Source: Promethearchaeota archaeon (GTDB taxonomy: Archaea > Asgardarchaeota > Thorarchaeia > Thorarchaeales > Thorarchaeaceae). Taken from it: a stretch of 51,779 bases of DNA. Below, in pieces: positions 36,265 to 46,009 of the stretch. A program made the translations under genes and the position numbers. The stretch lies in NCBI GenBank assembly GCA_048939765.1, contig JBHLPF010000027.1, positions 1 through 51,779 on the forward strand, read 5' to 3'. Below the pieces are notes generated by a model that was given only the letters and a program-made list of their open reading frames with translations, was not told the origin of the DNA and made no database searches. Each line of letters opens with the position of its first letter. Positions within the stretch are counted from its first letter, which is position 1.

Positions 36265-37167
36265 ATGTCAGATGATGTCCATGCGCGTCTCAAGGAAAAG
36301 ACTCTGCAGATTGCACAACTCCAACATCAGTTGCAGGTTTTGCAGGCTCAGCTGGAAGGAACGCAGCGTCGAGCTGGAGAAACAAGCACCAAAATCGTCG
36401 CTCTAGAGAATCTCATCGCTGAGAAGGATTCAGAGAATCATATGCTGCGAACTGAACTGGGCCGTACTAAAGGTGCATTGGACACAATGGGAAAGGAAAT
36501 CCGAGGGATACGGGCTGAACAGACTCAACAGCTGGCAAAGGCGAAACCAAGCAGTGATGAACACTCTGTCAAGCAACAGCTTTCTGATGCATTAAGAAAG
36601 AATGAATTGCTGAAGGAAGAGATCAAATCTCTGTCAGAAGCGGCATCTGCAGTACTCAAGGATGAACCAAGTTCTAGGGAGCATCTTAGAGCCACAATAA
36701 TGCGTGTTGGAGACCCGAGATTCAAGATGCTCAACATTGTGCTGGAGAGGAGATCTGTGAGAGTAGAAGAACTTGCTTCAATTCTTCTGATTGATATGAA
36801 TGAAGCATTGGCACTTGTGAATGAACTCCAAGCCGCAGGTGAGATTGAGATTAGAGATGGTAGTACTGTTATTCCAAGAGAGAAGTATCGCGAAGCCAAG
36901 ATACCTGTTGAAGAGTGGAAGACTTGGGACCCTATGGATATTTTCGATTCTCTTGAGGACCTAGTTGGACGAACAGAGGGACACAAGTCTATTTCGAAGG
37001 CAATTGTGGCCGCAGTAGACATCTTAGAACAGAAAATCGCCCGGGGCGGCGCGTTGGTATTTCAAATGAGAAAGACTGCAGATCTATGGAAAAAGAGCGA
37101 GGGCAACATTGAGGAGCTTCAATATGCAATACGGGAATGGAAGGGTCGTGCGCTATCGCTAGGCTAG
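36265..37167 (+). CDS. Long coiled coil + winged helix + helical C-terminal domain protein
   Basis: About 130 aa of heptads, then VRVEELASILLIDMNEALALVNELQAAGEIEI. Start placed at MSDD (36265). Confidence 0.75.
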   Translation: MSDDVHARLKEKTLQIAQLQHQLQVLQAQLEGTQRRAGETSTKIVALENLIAEKDSENHMLRTELGRTKGALDTMGKEIRGIRAEQTQQLAKAKPSSDEHSVKQQLSDALRKNELLKEEIKSLSEAASAVLKDEPSSREHLRATIMRVGDPRFKMLNIVLERRSVRVEELASILLIDMNEALALVNELQAAGEIEIRDGSTVIPREKYREAKIPVEEWKTWDPMDIFDSLEDLVGRTEGHKSISKAIVAAVDILEQKIARGGALVFQMRKTADLWKKSEGNIEELQYAIREWKGRALSLG

Positions 37168-37562
37168 TCTTCAGAGCCTTTCCTTATGGCCTCCTTTACG
37201 TAGGCACCAAAGTCTGATGTTTCACCATCACGTTGTATGCGGATCTTAGGCTCTTCTCCCCTGATCTGACGCTCGATGTATCTCACATCCAACTGACTCA
37301 TCTGCTGTCGATATCCTCTGTAGACAATCAGATATAGAATGACCTCTTCTACTTGCTTAGCCACTCCTTGATTCTGCGTCTTCAAATTATTGAGATATGA
37401 AAGTGCCTCTGTTGTGAGAAACTTGCCAAGCAGCTTTGCTCTTTCTACTCCTACCTTCTCTTCCTGTTCACGTGCAGCTTGCATCTGCTTCTCTCGCTTA
37501 ATCATCTGTGCCATTTTCTTCCTGCGGATGACTGCAAGGTCAGGATCATCGTCTGTCAGCAT
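37164..37562 (-). CDS. PDCD5/TFAR19-like double-stranded DNA-binding protein
   Basis: DLAVIRRKKMAQM...LLGKFLTTEALSYLNNLK...AKQVE...PKIRIQR. Confidence 0.75.
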   Translation of the reverse strand: MLTDDDPDLAVIRRKKMAQMIKREKQMQAAREQEEKVGVERAKLLGKFLTTEALSYLNNLKTQNQGVAKQVEEVILYLIVYRGYRQQMSQLDVRYIERQIRGEEPKIRIQRDGETSDFGAYVKEAIRKGSED

Positions 37563-37689
37563 TGAAACCTCTGTTCCAGAGCCGTATTGAAGAGCAGTTA
37601 AGCCTAACGATACAACTAGAAGTGCTTTTTAGGATTGAATATGAGTAGACGTTAGACTGGAAGCAAGTAATAGACGAGGTATACGATAA

Positions 37690-38637
37690 TTGACAGGACT
37701 GGAAGTATGCAAATGGCTTGCTGACTCAAAGACAGGTAACACGTGTAGATTAAGAAATGTTTCACTTCCTAGAGGAGAAGTGGCTGCCAAATGCACAAAG
37801 TCAGACTTAGCTGTGATTTGCGTGGACGCTTATTCCGCGCTATCCAAGGGACTCGAGTCTCTAAAGGCTGGCAGCACTGACTCATTCCTATGGCTAATTG
37901 AATCAGCAAACCAGTTTGAGAACCTCGGAGAAACTGACAACGCAATAACAGCCATGGTCAAATCCATTGACTTTGCAACGAAGATGAATCTAATTGACAA
38001 GGGCTACGAAACCTTCAGGTACGCAAGGAGCATGATGGAAAACGGCCTGAGTCGGAGAGATCCATCTCTATCAAGCCCGATGCTTAAACAGACCCTCGTG
38101 AAGAGTGGGCAGAAGCTGATTGAAGCAGCAAGAAAGATTGCAGCTGGCTCTCCAGTTGCTGACATGCAAGCTGAATTGAAGGCAAGTATACTAAGCGGTG
38201 TCAGCTTGAAGAAGACAGAAGAGGCGTTGAGAGCTGAAGAGAAAGACAAGCTTGTAATCAGCCACGGCAGGTCCCTCTATGAAAAAAAGGCATCGGAATA
38301 CAAAGAGGGAGCTGACACATATATGGCCTCAGGAATGACACAGAATGCCATCACATTCTCCTGTTTGGGAGCCCTTGCGGATCTCATGCTGGGCAAGCCC
38401 AAGGATGGTCTACTATACCTTACGAAGTTCACAGACCAATCAGGAATAAAGGAGGAATTCAACAACCATCCCTGTTTTCAATGGACCAGGCTCGTGTTTA
38501 AGGGGCTGATTGGTAGGGATCAGGATGCCCTATTGGAGGCCAACAAGATATTCCTGAATATTCCTTGGAGCTTCAAGGATGACCACGAGTTTGCTCGAAG
38601 AGCTATGGACTCAGTAGAAAGAAGAATCACGCAGTGA
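37690..38637 (+). CDS. Helical-repeat (TPR/SNAP-like) protein with N-terminal Cys cluster
   Basis: Four Cys in the first 45 aa, alpha-solenoid pattern, C-terminus resembling alpha/gamma-SNAP. Confidence 0.65.
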   Translation: MTGLEVCKWLADSKTGNTCRLRNVSLPRGEVAAKCTKSDLAVICVDAYSALSKGLESLKAGSTDSFLWLIESANQFENLGETDNAITAMVKSIDFATKMNLIDKGYETFRYARSMMENGLSRRDPSLSSPMLKQTLVKSGQKLIEAARKIAAGSPVADMQAELKASILSGVSLKKTEEALRAEEKDKLVISHGRSLYEKKASEYKEGADTYMASGMTQNAITFSCLGALADLMLGKPKDGLLYLTKFTDQSGIKEEFNNHPCFQWTRLVFKGLIGRDQDALLEANKIFLNIPWSFKDDHEFARRAMDSVERRITQ

Positions 38638-39964
38638 TTCTCATTCTAGCAATGAAGAATCCATTTGAGTTCTCCCTGTGGGGGAATAGCCTAATCACTT
38701 TCTCAGCACATTCAAATCCAGAATAGCCAGAAGACCCCTCAAATGAAATCCGCATTAGCTCGATTGGATGACGAGCCATCGCAGAGTCGATTTGAGATTC
38801 ACCCTCATGAGGGAGAAGAGAGCATGTCGCAAAGACCACTTCAGTCCCCGGCTTATCTGAGTAGGCACCAAGGACCCCATCAAGGATTTTGTTCTGGATG
38901 GACATTAAACCCATGAGCATGTTCTTATTTAGTCGCCATTTATAGGATGGATGACTCCGAAGGATACCAGTGGAAGTGCAAGGCGCATCAATGATGATTT
39001 TTTCTGCATCTGTAACTGGCGCAATCGACGCATCAGCCTCCATGAACTCAACACCCTCACACCCAAGGGCAGAGCAACGACTCCTAGCTACTTCCAATCG
39101 CCCAGCATTTATGTCAGTGGCAGTGAGCTGACCCCGACCATTCATTGACTCCCATATGAGATGCGTCTTCATTCCTGGCGCTGCACACGCGTCCCAGACT
39201 CTCATACCAGATTTAGCTTCGAGTGCCTTTCCGACAATCACACTTCCCTTATCCTGCACTAGTATACGACCAGTCTTGAATGCGTCTGAGCTGAAAAGAG
39301 AATTAACGCCCTCGGCAACTCGAAACAGGCCTGAAACGCTTGGTTCTGGAGCTAAAGCCACACCTCGTTTTTCAAGAAGTGAAAGTACCTCATCATAGTC
39401 ATTGAGAAGTGTATTCACGCGGACAAAGTAATCACGGGGGCCGTTATTGTGCTCCATCAGGTCAATCGCTTCATCTCTTCCTAAATGTTCCAGAAATGTG
39501 TCCACAAGAAACGAAGGATGAGAGAACATAAGGCCAAGTGTATTTGAGGGACTCATATTCCGAGTCTTCTTGCGAAGGCTAATCTTTGAAGCCCTATCTA
39601 CAACTTCCAATAGTTCGAGAGATTGCAAGAGCGCTGCTAATGTGTTCTTGATAGGAGCCTGCAGCCAACGATTCTCGTAAATTGCAAGACGAAGCAGACT
39701 TTGATCGTGGGCTTTCAAATCAGACAAGTTCATTTTCCCCAGGGCGCGAACAGCCAGGAAGTCGATTGTGTTAAGAAACCTGATGACGCCCAAAGTCCTG
39801 GATTCAACATAGCTTCTGGTAGGCAAGTCATGTTCAAGGTCAGAATCAATTCCTCTCAACAGCTCGCGCATTGATACCGAACCCTTGGCATATTCGGAAA
39901 GAAGACTGAGAGTCAGTTCGATGGCTGATTTGCTCTCCTTAGTTCCGCTGATTTCTAAACACAT
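38627..39964 (-). CDS. RsmB/NOP2 family RNA m5C methyltransferase (NusB-like N-domain)
   Basis: SHP, RVNTL, VQDKGS, DACAAPGMKT, DAPCTSTG, ATCS, GFFIA. Confidence 0.92.
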   Translation of the reverse strand: MCLEISGTKESKSAIELTLSLLSEYAKGSVSMRELLRGIDSDLEHDLPTRSYVESRTLGVIRFLNTIDFLAVRALGKMNLSDLKAHDQSLLRLAIYENRWLQAPIKNTLAALLQSLELLEVVDRASKISLRKKTRNMSPSNTLGLMFSHPSFLVDTFLEHLGRDEAIDLMEHNNGPRDYFVRVNTLLNDYDEVLSLLEKRGVALAPEPSVSGLFRVAEGVNSLFSSDAFKTGRILVQDKGSVIVGKALEAKSGMRVWDACAAPGMKTHLIWESMNGRGQLTATDINAGRLEVARSRCSALGCEGVEFMEADASIAPVTDAEKIIIDAPCTSTGILRSHPSYKWRLNKNMLMGLMSIQNKILDGVLGAYSDKPGTEVVFATCSLLPHEGESQIDSAMARHPIELMRISFEGSSGYSGFECAEKVIRLFPHRENSNGFFIARMRITA

Positions 39965-40088
39965 CTCCTAACAGGGAGGACCTGCAGACGGCGCGCACTC
40001 GAGTGTAGAAGTTCTTAAATCTGCCTAGTCGTCGCCAGAGAAGTGACAAGATTGGAAGCAGATCTCTCAATATCTGGATGGTACGATC

Positions 40089-41747
40089 ATGAGGATGTTC
40101 GGTCATCTCATCAAAGGCGAGATTGTTGAGTCAGATGATGGAAAGACCTCTATCTTTCCAAATATGAATCAAGCAATCGAAGATCCCAGAATTCTGTATG
40201 CAATGGCTCTGAAGGAACAAGGGTCGCTTGGACGTTTGGCTGCACGTTACTTCAGCAATTTCCTTCCAGAGAAGTCACCAGAGATTAGATTACTAAAAGA
40301 CTACATTGGTGCTCATGGCGAACCCGCCGCGACAAAGGAAGAGATAGAGAACGTCTACTTTGCTAAATACGCGGTTGGAGGAGAACGAGAAGCTGCAACT
40401 GCATGTGAAGAGGCGCACAGAATTAGGCGACAAATGCATAGAGAACTGAATGAAAAGGGGTCAGGCATGTCTTTACAGGAGCGTGCAGAAAGCCTAGTGC
40501 CTGTGGGGCAGCATTTATGGAAGAACTATGATACCTTCAAAGAAATAGGAATTGCAGAAGGTACTCCAGTGCAGCTTTTCGACTGGCAGACCAAAGGTGT
40601 ATTCAATACGCTCTACAAGGATCATATTGACTTCGCTACCTCCAGAATTTCTCCTGAGGATATCCCTTGTGCTGTTGACGGGGAGAGAACAGTACTCACT
40701 CGCTTTCCTTATGGTGCTGTGGGAGTCTTTCCACCTTACAATGCCGCAATTGGGCTGGGTGGTATGGCTATCATATCGAGCTACTGGGCGGGAAATGCCA
40801 CCGTAATGAGAACCCCATCAAAGATGCCTCTCACCAACATGCAGCTGGCATATGTTCTAGTTGAAGCAATGAGGGAACTGGATTTTCCAACAAGTGCTTT
40901 TCAATCAGTGATAGGTCCGGCAAGAGAGATTGCAGACTATATGATCAACCGGTCGCCGCTAAATGCTATGGTCTATTATGGAGATTCAGATGTGGGCCTA
41001 GAACTCATGGCGCAGGCTGTCAGACGAGGTATGCACTTCGTGCCCGAACTTGCAGGAAGCGGAGCGAGTTTGGTTTGGAAAGATATCGATATCGATAGGG
41101 TGTCCACCTTTGTCTCTGACGCACGCTTCTTTGGTTCGGGACAGACATGTTTTGCTGCGAAGCGGCTGTTCCTCCATGAGGCGATATTCGATGACTTCAT
41201 AGCTGCTCTCGTTGAGAAAAGCGAAAAGCTGCGGGTTGGACTACCTGAAGACCCGAAGACAGATTTGCCCGTTGTTGGGACCAAGGCGCTATACCAAAAC
41301 ATCGACATGATAGATGAGGCATTGAAGAAGGGGGCAAAGCTTGAGTCAGGCGGATACAGGTTGAATGCTCAAGATGAAAGAGACCCTGCGGGACTATTCA
41401 TGAAGCCGACAATTCTCAGCGACGTACCGCTTGAATGCAAAATGTGGTATCATGAAACCTTCGGCCCCGTTCTACCAATAATGAAAGTCAGCTCATTTGA
41501 ACAGGCCATCACTCAAGCAAACAATTCGCAGTATGGACTCCGCACCTCAGTCTATAGTGATAGCCCACAGATATGGCAACGCTTCTTTGATGAAATTGAT
41601 GCTCCCGGAATAGCAATCAACACGAGCCATATACACTTCGATAACTTCTACCCGCACCTCGGCGGATTGAAAGCAAGTGGAATCTATGGGGGGAAGTACT
41701 TCTACGAGATTCTTACGTATTTGAAGTACCGTCATTTCCCTGCATAG
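40089..41747 (+). CDS. Aldehyde dehydrogenase family protein
   Basis: PYGAVGVFPPYN, catalytic PELAGSG and GQTC, ETFGPV, ANNSQYGL, GGLKASG. Confidence 0.9.
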   Translation: MRMFGHLIKGEIVESDDGKTSIFPNMNQAIEDPRILYAMALKEQGSLGRLAARYFSNFLPEKSPEIRLLKDYIGAHGEPAATKEEIENVYFAKYAVGGEREAATACEEAHRIRRQMHRELNEKGSGMSLQERAESLVPVGQHLWKNYDTFKEIGIAEGTPVQLFDWQTKGVFNTLYKDHIDFATSRISPEDIPCAVDGERTVLTRFPYGAVGVFPPYNAAIGLGGMAIISSYWAGNATVMRTPSKMPLTNMQLAYVLVEAMRELDFPTSAFQSVIGPAREIADYMINRSPLNAMVYYGDSDVGLELMAQAVRRGMHFVPELAGSGASLVWKDIDIDRVSTFVSDARFFGSGQTCFAAKRLFLHEAIFDDFIAALVEKSEKLRVGLPEDPKTDLPVVGTKALYQNIDMIDEALKKGAKLESGGYRLNAQDERDPAGLFMKPTILSDVPLECKMWYHETFGPVLPIMKVSSFEQAITQANNSQYGLRTSVYSDSPQIWQRFFDEIDAPGIAINTSHIHFDNFYPHLGGLKASGIYGGKYFYEILTYLKYRHFPA

Positions 41748-41759
41748 CAGATGGTAGAA

Positions 41760-42263
41760 TCATAGCGGTCTCTCGTACATCTGAACTAGCATGCCTTCTA
41801 TTTGCTCGTATGGCTCGCCCCATGGCCGAAAACCGAACCTCTTCATGAGCCGCTCGCTTGCTTCTTGGCCAACTAGAATATTACAGTAGTTGCGTTTACA
41901 ACCATGAACTCTGCCATATTCTGCAAATTGGATGTACATAGCTGAAGCAAGTCCGCTTCCCCTGCATGCAGGAACAACAGTCTGATGTTCTCCGAAAAGA
42001 CCCCTGTCTGTTATCTTAGCTTTATAGAGACCGACTATTTTCCCATGAAGTCGACTGCCAAAGTAATGATACCCACTGCTCATATCTTCAAGAATCTGCA
42101 CTGGAGAGTACATTCGCTTCTTGCGCCAAGCCTCGGGATAATCCTCTGCCTGAGGCCAGACATGTTTGAAGAGGGCCGATATCTCTTCTGCATCCTCTTT
42201 AGTGAGTTCTACAATGCGAATCTCCTCTTCAGGAATTTCTGTCATAGCTAGCCAGTATCGCAT
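41760..42263 (-). CDS. GNAT family N-acetyltransferase
   Basis: VVPACRGSGLA (motif A) and RLMKRFGF. Confidence 0.85.
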   Translation of the reverse strand: MRYWLAMTEIPEEEIRIVELTKEDAEEISALFKHVWPQAEDYPEAWRKKRMYSPVQILEDMSSGYHYFGSRLHGKIVGLYKAKITDRGLFGEHQTVVPACRGSGLASAMYIQFAEYGRVHGCKRNYCNILVGQEASERLMKRFGFRPWGEPYEQIEGMLVQMYERPL

Positions 42264-42304
42264 AGTTTCAACCCGACATAAACTTCTGTGTTTGCAGGAG
42301 AGTA

Positions 42305-43435
42305 CTATGATCTGCTAGCCGCCCAATCGTATGCCTCTTGAATTGGAGAGCAACCTCCACAACGATGGCATCCCGCCATTGTTTCACTTGGATTGATGCC
42401 CCCTTGAAAGAGCGCATTACCGACTTCCTTGTATAGACTCACTGATTCCTCAAGCCTTCCTACATATGTTGGAGTGAAGTCAGCTAACTGACTCCCTGGA
42501 GCTGGACGAAATGGAGCCACTATTGGTACAATGCCTGCATCAGCCAGTTCCTGAGTAAGAGCTATCGTCGAAGTCACTTCCTCTCCGAGGCCGTGTAGCA
42601 TGAAGGTGCTTACGTTGCCTCGCTCGAAGAATTCTAGGGCGTATTGCCAACGCTCGCGGTAGAAATCTAATGACCCATATTCATACTTGCCTGGGCACAT
42701 CATTTTTCGCACTGAGTCATCAGCGCTCTCGATATGCATTCCAATTGCGTTGGCACCTGCTGCAGCAAGTTTCTTGATGGTCTCAATTTCTATCGGAGGC
42801 TCAATCTGGACGCCTATTGGCAAATCACTGACTTCGCGAATCCTCTTTATAATATTCACCAAACGGTTTGCACCCATATCAGGAGAATCAGGAGTCCCCG
42901 TTGTTATGAGAATGTCAGTGATGATGCCACTCTGTTCAGCGGCATGTACGACTTCTGCCATTTGTTCAGGCGACTTGTCTAGAATGGTATCGCCTCTGAG
43001 ATGCGAAGTGGGTATAGTGCAGAATTTACATTGAGCACCGCAATCCCAATACTTGCAGGCTTGATAGGCAGTAGTAGCTAGCGTGCTATTGCAGTGAAGC
43101 AAGGCGATCTGCTGATATGGAATTCCCTCGGCCGTTTTACCATTCAAGAATTTTGGACGAGGAACAGCACGAATCTCAATACTGCCATCGTAGACCCATA
43201 CTGATGGATCATCAGTCGGCTCAAGCATTCTGGACCCAAATCTTTTGGCCATCTCTCCCCTGCGTATGGGAATACCACAATGACGGCCGTTTGGCAGAAT
43301 GAAATATCTTCCCCCCACAGGACCCGCGCCTCCCTTCCTTCCAGCATACTCACTCTCAGGAAGGGTTGCGCCTTCAGTAAGAAGGCGGACTTTGAGTCGA
43401 AGAATCTGTTCTGGGTCCATCTTGCTCTTCTCCAT
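42305..43435 (-). CDS. Radical SAM protein, MSMEG_0568-like family
   Basis: RKGGAGP, CKYWDCGAQCKFC, GMHIES, GLGE, PFRP and C-terminal AGCHRCGGCS. Confidence 0.85.
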   Translation of the reverse strand: MEKSKMDPEQILRLKVRLLTEGATLPESEYAGRKGGAGPVGGRYFILPNGRHCGIPIRRGEMAKRFGSRMLEPTDDPSVWVYDGSIEIRAVPRPKFLNGKTAEGIPYQQIALLHCNSTLATTAYQACKYWDCGAQCKFCTIPTSHLRGDTILDKSPEQMAEVVHAAEQSGIITDILITTGTPDSPDMGANRLVNIIKRIREVSDLPIGVQIEPPIEIETIKKLAAAGANAIGMHIESADDSVRKMMCPGKYEYGSLDFYRERWQYALEFFERGNVSTFMLHGLGEEVTSTIALTQELADAGIVPIVAPFRPAPGSQLADFTPTYVGRLEESVSLYKEVGNALFQGGINPSETMAGCHRCGGCSPIQEAYDWAASRS

Positions 43436-43459
43436 GGAGCCCTAGACCTTAATCTGTCT

Positions 43460-44578
43460 TCACGTGTGTGCGTTCTTCTTCTCTATGGCCATCAAGGCCA
43501 ACTCTGGCAGGTCAATGACCTTCATTTCGTTATCGCTTTGAGAAACTAGTAGGTTCTTGCAGAACGGGCATGCAGTGACAAGCACATTGGCATCAATGTC
43601 CTTCGCTTGCCGGATACGTTCTGATCCAATTACTTTGGCTTTCTCTGGCCAGAGAAGCCGCATTCCAGCCCCATTACCGCAGCACATAGCATTATCGCCA
43701 TGGCGCTCCATCTCGATAACCTTGCTACGTGTGACATGTTGTATCACTTTGCGGGGTGAATCATAGACTCCCATGTGTCTGCCCAAATGGCAAGGATCAT
43801 GGAATGTGAATTTTCCGTCAAATTCACCAAAATTCAAATCCGCAATATGCTCTTCGAGAAACTCACTGATATGCCTGACAGGCACATCCAGCTCCAGCCC
43901 GAGTTTTGCGTAGTCATTCTTCAGGGTCCTATAACAGCCAGGACAAGTCGCGACAATCTCTTCGACTTCAAGCGAATTCAGGACCTCTGCATTGTGACTT
44001 GCCTGCTCTAGACCTATGTCAACGAATCCAGTTCTTAGCAGAGGCGATCCACAGCACCACTCATCTGGGAGCACTACGTCGAACCCCAAAGTGTGTAGAA
44101 GCTCGACAGTGCTCTTCGCAATCTCCTTCTCGCGATAGGCAGAAGTGCATCCAGTGAAGTAGGCAATCCTCTTGCCTTTGTTCGGTTTAACCCTTATCCA
44201 GTCCGTTCTCTCGGAATGCGGCTCACCAAAGGGGTTGTGGTGTTCTACTACATTCGCCACCATAGAGTCCAGGCCAACAGGATATTGGCCATCCCTCACA
44301 AGCATAGTTCGGCGGTGCTCCACAATCTCAGCAATATCAATCTCAGGAAGACACCAAGTCAAGCAGTGTGAGCACTCAAGACACTGGTATAGGACTTCAA
44401 TTCCCCGCTCGTCCAACTGCCTTGTGCCCATTATCTCCTGATGTATAAGGAGGGCTCTCCCATGAGGTGTGGGAGAATCTGATCGCCATGCGAAGAAGGT
44501 CGGACAGACATGTCTGCACATCTTTGGGCAGGCACTGCACATCCGAACCTGACTGGGAATCATCTCCGGATCGATCAT
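43460..44578 (-). CDS. Fe-S oxidoreductase with 2 CCG domains (GlcF/HdrD-like)
   Basis: CSACPKMCRHVCP, CLECSHCLTWC, WCCG, CPGC, HDPCHLGR, CCG, ACPFC. Confidence 0.88.
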   Translation of the reverse strand: MIDPEMIPSQVRMCSACPKMCRHVCPTFFAWRSDSPTPHGRALLIHQEIMGTRQLDERGIEVLYQCLECSHCLTWCLPEIDIAEIVEHRRTMLVRDGQYPVGLDSMVANVVEHHNPFGEPHSERTDWIRVKPNKGKRIAYFTGCTSAYREKEIAKSTVELLHTLGFDVVLPDEWCCGSPLLRTGFVDIGLEQASHNAEVLNSLEVEEIVATCPGCYRTLKNDYAKLGLELDVPVRHISEFLEEHIADLNFGEFDGKFTFHDPCHLGRHMGVYDSPRKVIQHVTRSKVIEMERHGDNAMCCGNGAGMRLLWPEKAKVIGSERIRQAKDIDANVLVTACPFCKNLLVSQSDNEMKVIDLPELALMAIEKKNAHT

Positions 44579-45999
44579 TCCCGTACCCCCAGTCCAAGTT
44601 TCCCAGGATTCATGATTCCTTTTGGATCGAGTGTCTTCTTGATCTGCTTTAGGACTTCAAAGGCAGATCCCATCTCTCCCTCGGTATAGGTTGTCCGTGA
44701 AAGGCCAACCCCGTGTTGATGGCTCATGGTACCTCCTTCTCTGAGGCAAGCCGCCACTCCAACGTCCCATATCTTCCTATATGTAGACCAAGCAGTTTCT
44801 GCGTCCAGTTGACTGGTGAAAAAGATCATGTAGATGCTGCCGCCGTTTGGATACATGTGAGAGAAATGGGAAATGACTATGGGAGCGTGAGCCTCCATGG
44901 CCTCCTTCATCGCATGATAGACGTTCTCCAGCTTGTCATAGGTAGCCACTACATCGATGGTATCAGCAGTAGCATACCCAGAAGTGGTGAGCGGTCCGGG
45001 GTAGTACATGTCGTACCGGTGGTCCCACCATCTCTTCGCAGGGCCTTCCCCATAGTCATTCCCTCCATTTGACAGGCAAATCTCTACTGATACACTCTCA
45101 TCTATGTCATTCTTTGCTATGGACCCGTCAAAGCCCAGCATCAGCATGCAGTCACCGTCCTTGACATCGAAGTGGCTGGTAACGGTCAGTGCGGTGTCTT
45201 CTGGGTCGTAGAGTCGGATCAAGGAAGGTACTACTCCACTCCTGAATATCTCGCGGATTGACTTCAGGCCACTCCTAACGTCGGGAAATGACATGCTCCT
45301 GAAGCGGCGCTCCTCTGGGATGGGGAACATGCGTAGAGTAGCTTCTGTGATGACTCCGAGTGTACCTTCTGAACCAATGAAAAGCTGCTTCAAATCTGGA
45401 CCCACAGATTGTCTGGGTACAGCCTTAGTGCGTATAACACTGCCATCAGCAAGTACGACCTCAAGACCCAGAGTCAAGTCTTCGATTTTTCCATATAGAG
45501 ATGAAAGAGAACCTCCAGAGCGAGTTGCTATGAAACCTCCAACATTGGACGCTCTCAGGGAGGTAGGAGTGTGGCCCATTGTATACCCATGTCGGTTCAC
45601 AGCCTCTTCCAAATCGATTCCAACGATACCGGCCTGAACTGTGACAAGCAATGACTCATGATCAATATTGAGAATCCTATCCATCCGCTTCAGGTCGAGC
45701 TGAATGCCTCCATGAATTGGAAGAGTTCCGCCGCAAGTACCAGCCCCTCCTCCAACAGGCGTGACTGGAATCTCCATGTCATTTGCCACTTTCAGAATTT
45801 CAGAAACCTCTTCTGAAGATGCCGGGAAGACAATTAAATCTGCAAGTGGTAAAGATTCGCCAGCCCGAATCTTGGCTTCGCTGAGTGGCCATGCATCATG
45901 TGCATTAAGGACAGCGTCGGTTTCATGAACTGTGACATTCTCACTTCCGACAATGGATTCCATCTTTTTCAGAAGCGTGGTCTTTGTCTTAGAATCCAA
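44575..45999 (-). CDS. FAD-linked oxidase, alkyl-DHAP synthase (AGPS)-like / GlcD family
   Basis: PVGGGAGTCGG, GSEGTLGVITE, SHMYPNGGSIY, SHQHGVG, DPKGIMNPGK. Start set at TTG 45999 after GAGGTG; the ORF track extends to 46095. Confidence 0.85.
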   Translation of the reverse strand: MDSKTKTTLLKKMESIVGSENVTVHETDAVLNAHDAWPLSEAKIRAGESLPLADLIVFPASSEEVSEILKVANDMEIPVTPVGGGAGTCGGTLPIHGGIQLDLKRMDRILNIDHESLLVTVQAGIVGIDLEEAVNRHGYTMGHTPTSLRASNVGGFIATRSGGSLSSLYGKIEDLTLGLEVVLADGSVIRTKAVPRQSVGPDLKQLFIGSEGTLGVITEATLRMFPIPEERRFRSMSFPDVRSGLKSIREIFRSGVVPSLIRLYDPEDTALTVTSHFDVKDGDCMLMLGFDGSIAKNDIDESVSVEICLSNGGNDYGEGPAKRWWDHRYDMYYPGPLTTSGYATADTIDVVATYDKLENVYHAMKEAMEAHAPIVISHFSHMYPNGGSIYMIFFTSQLDAETAWSTYRKIWDVGVAACLREGGTMSHQHGVGLSRTTYTEGEMGSAFEVLKQIKKTLDPKGIMNPGKLGLGVRE

Positions 46000-46009
46000 C
46001 TCGTACACC

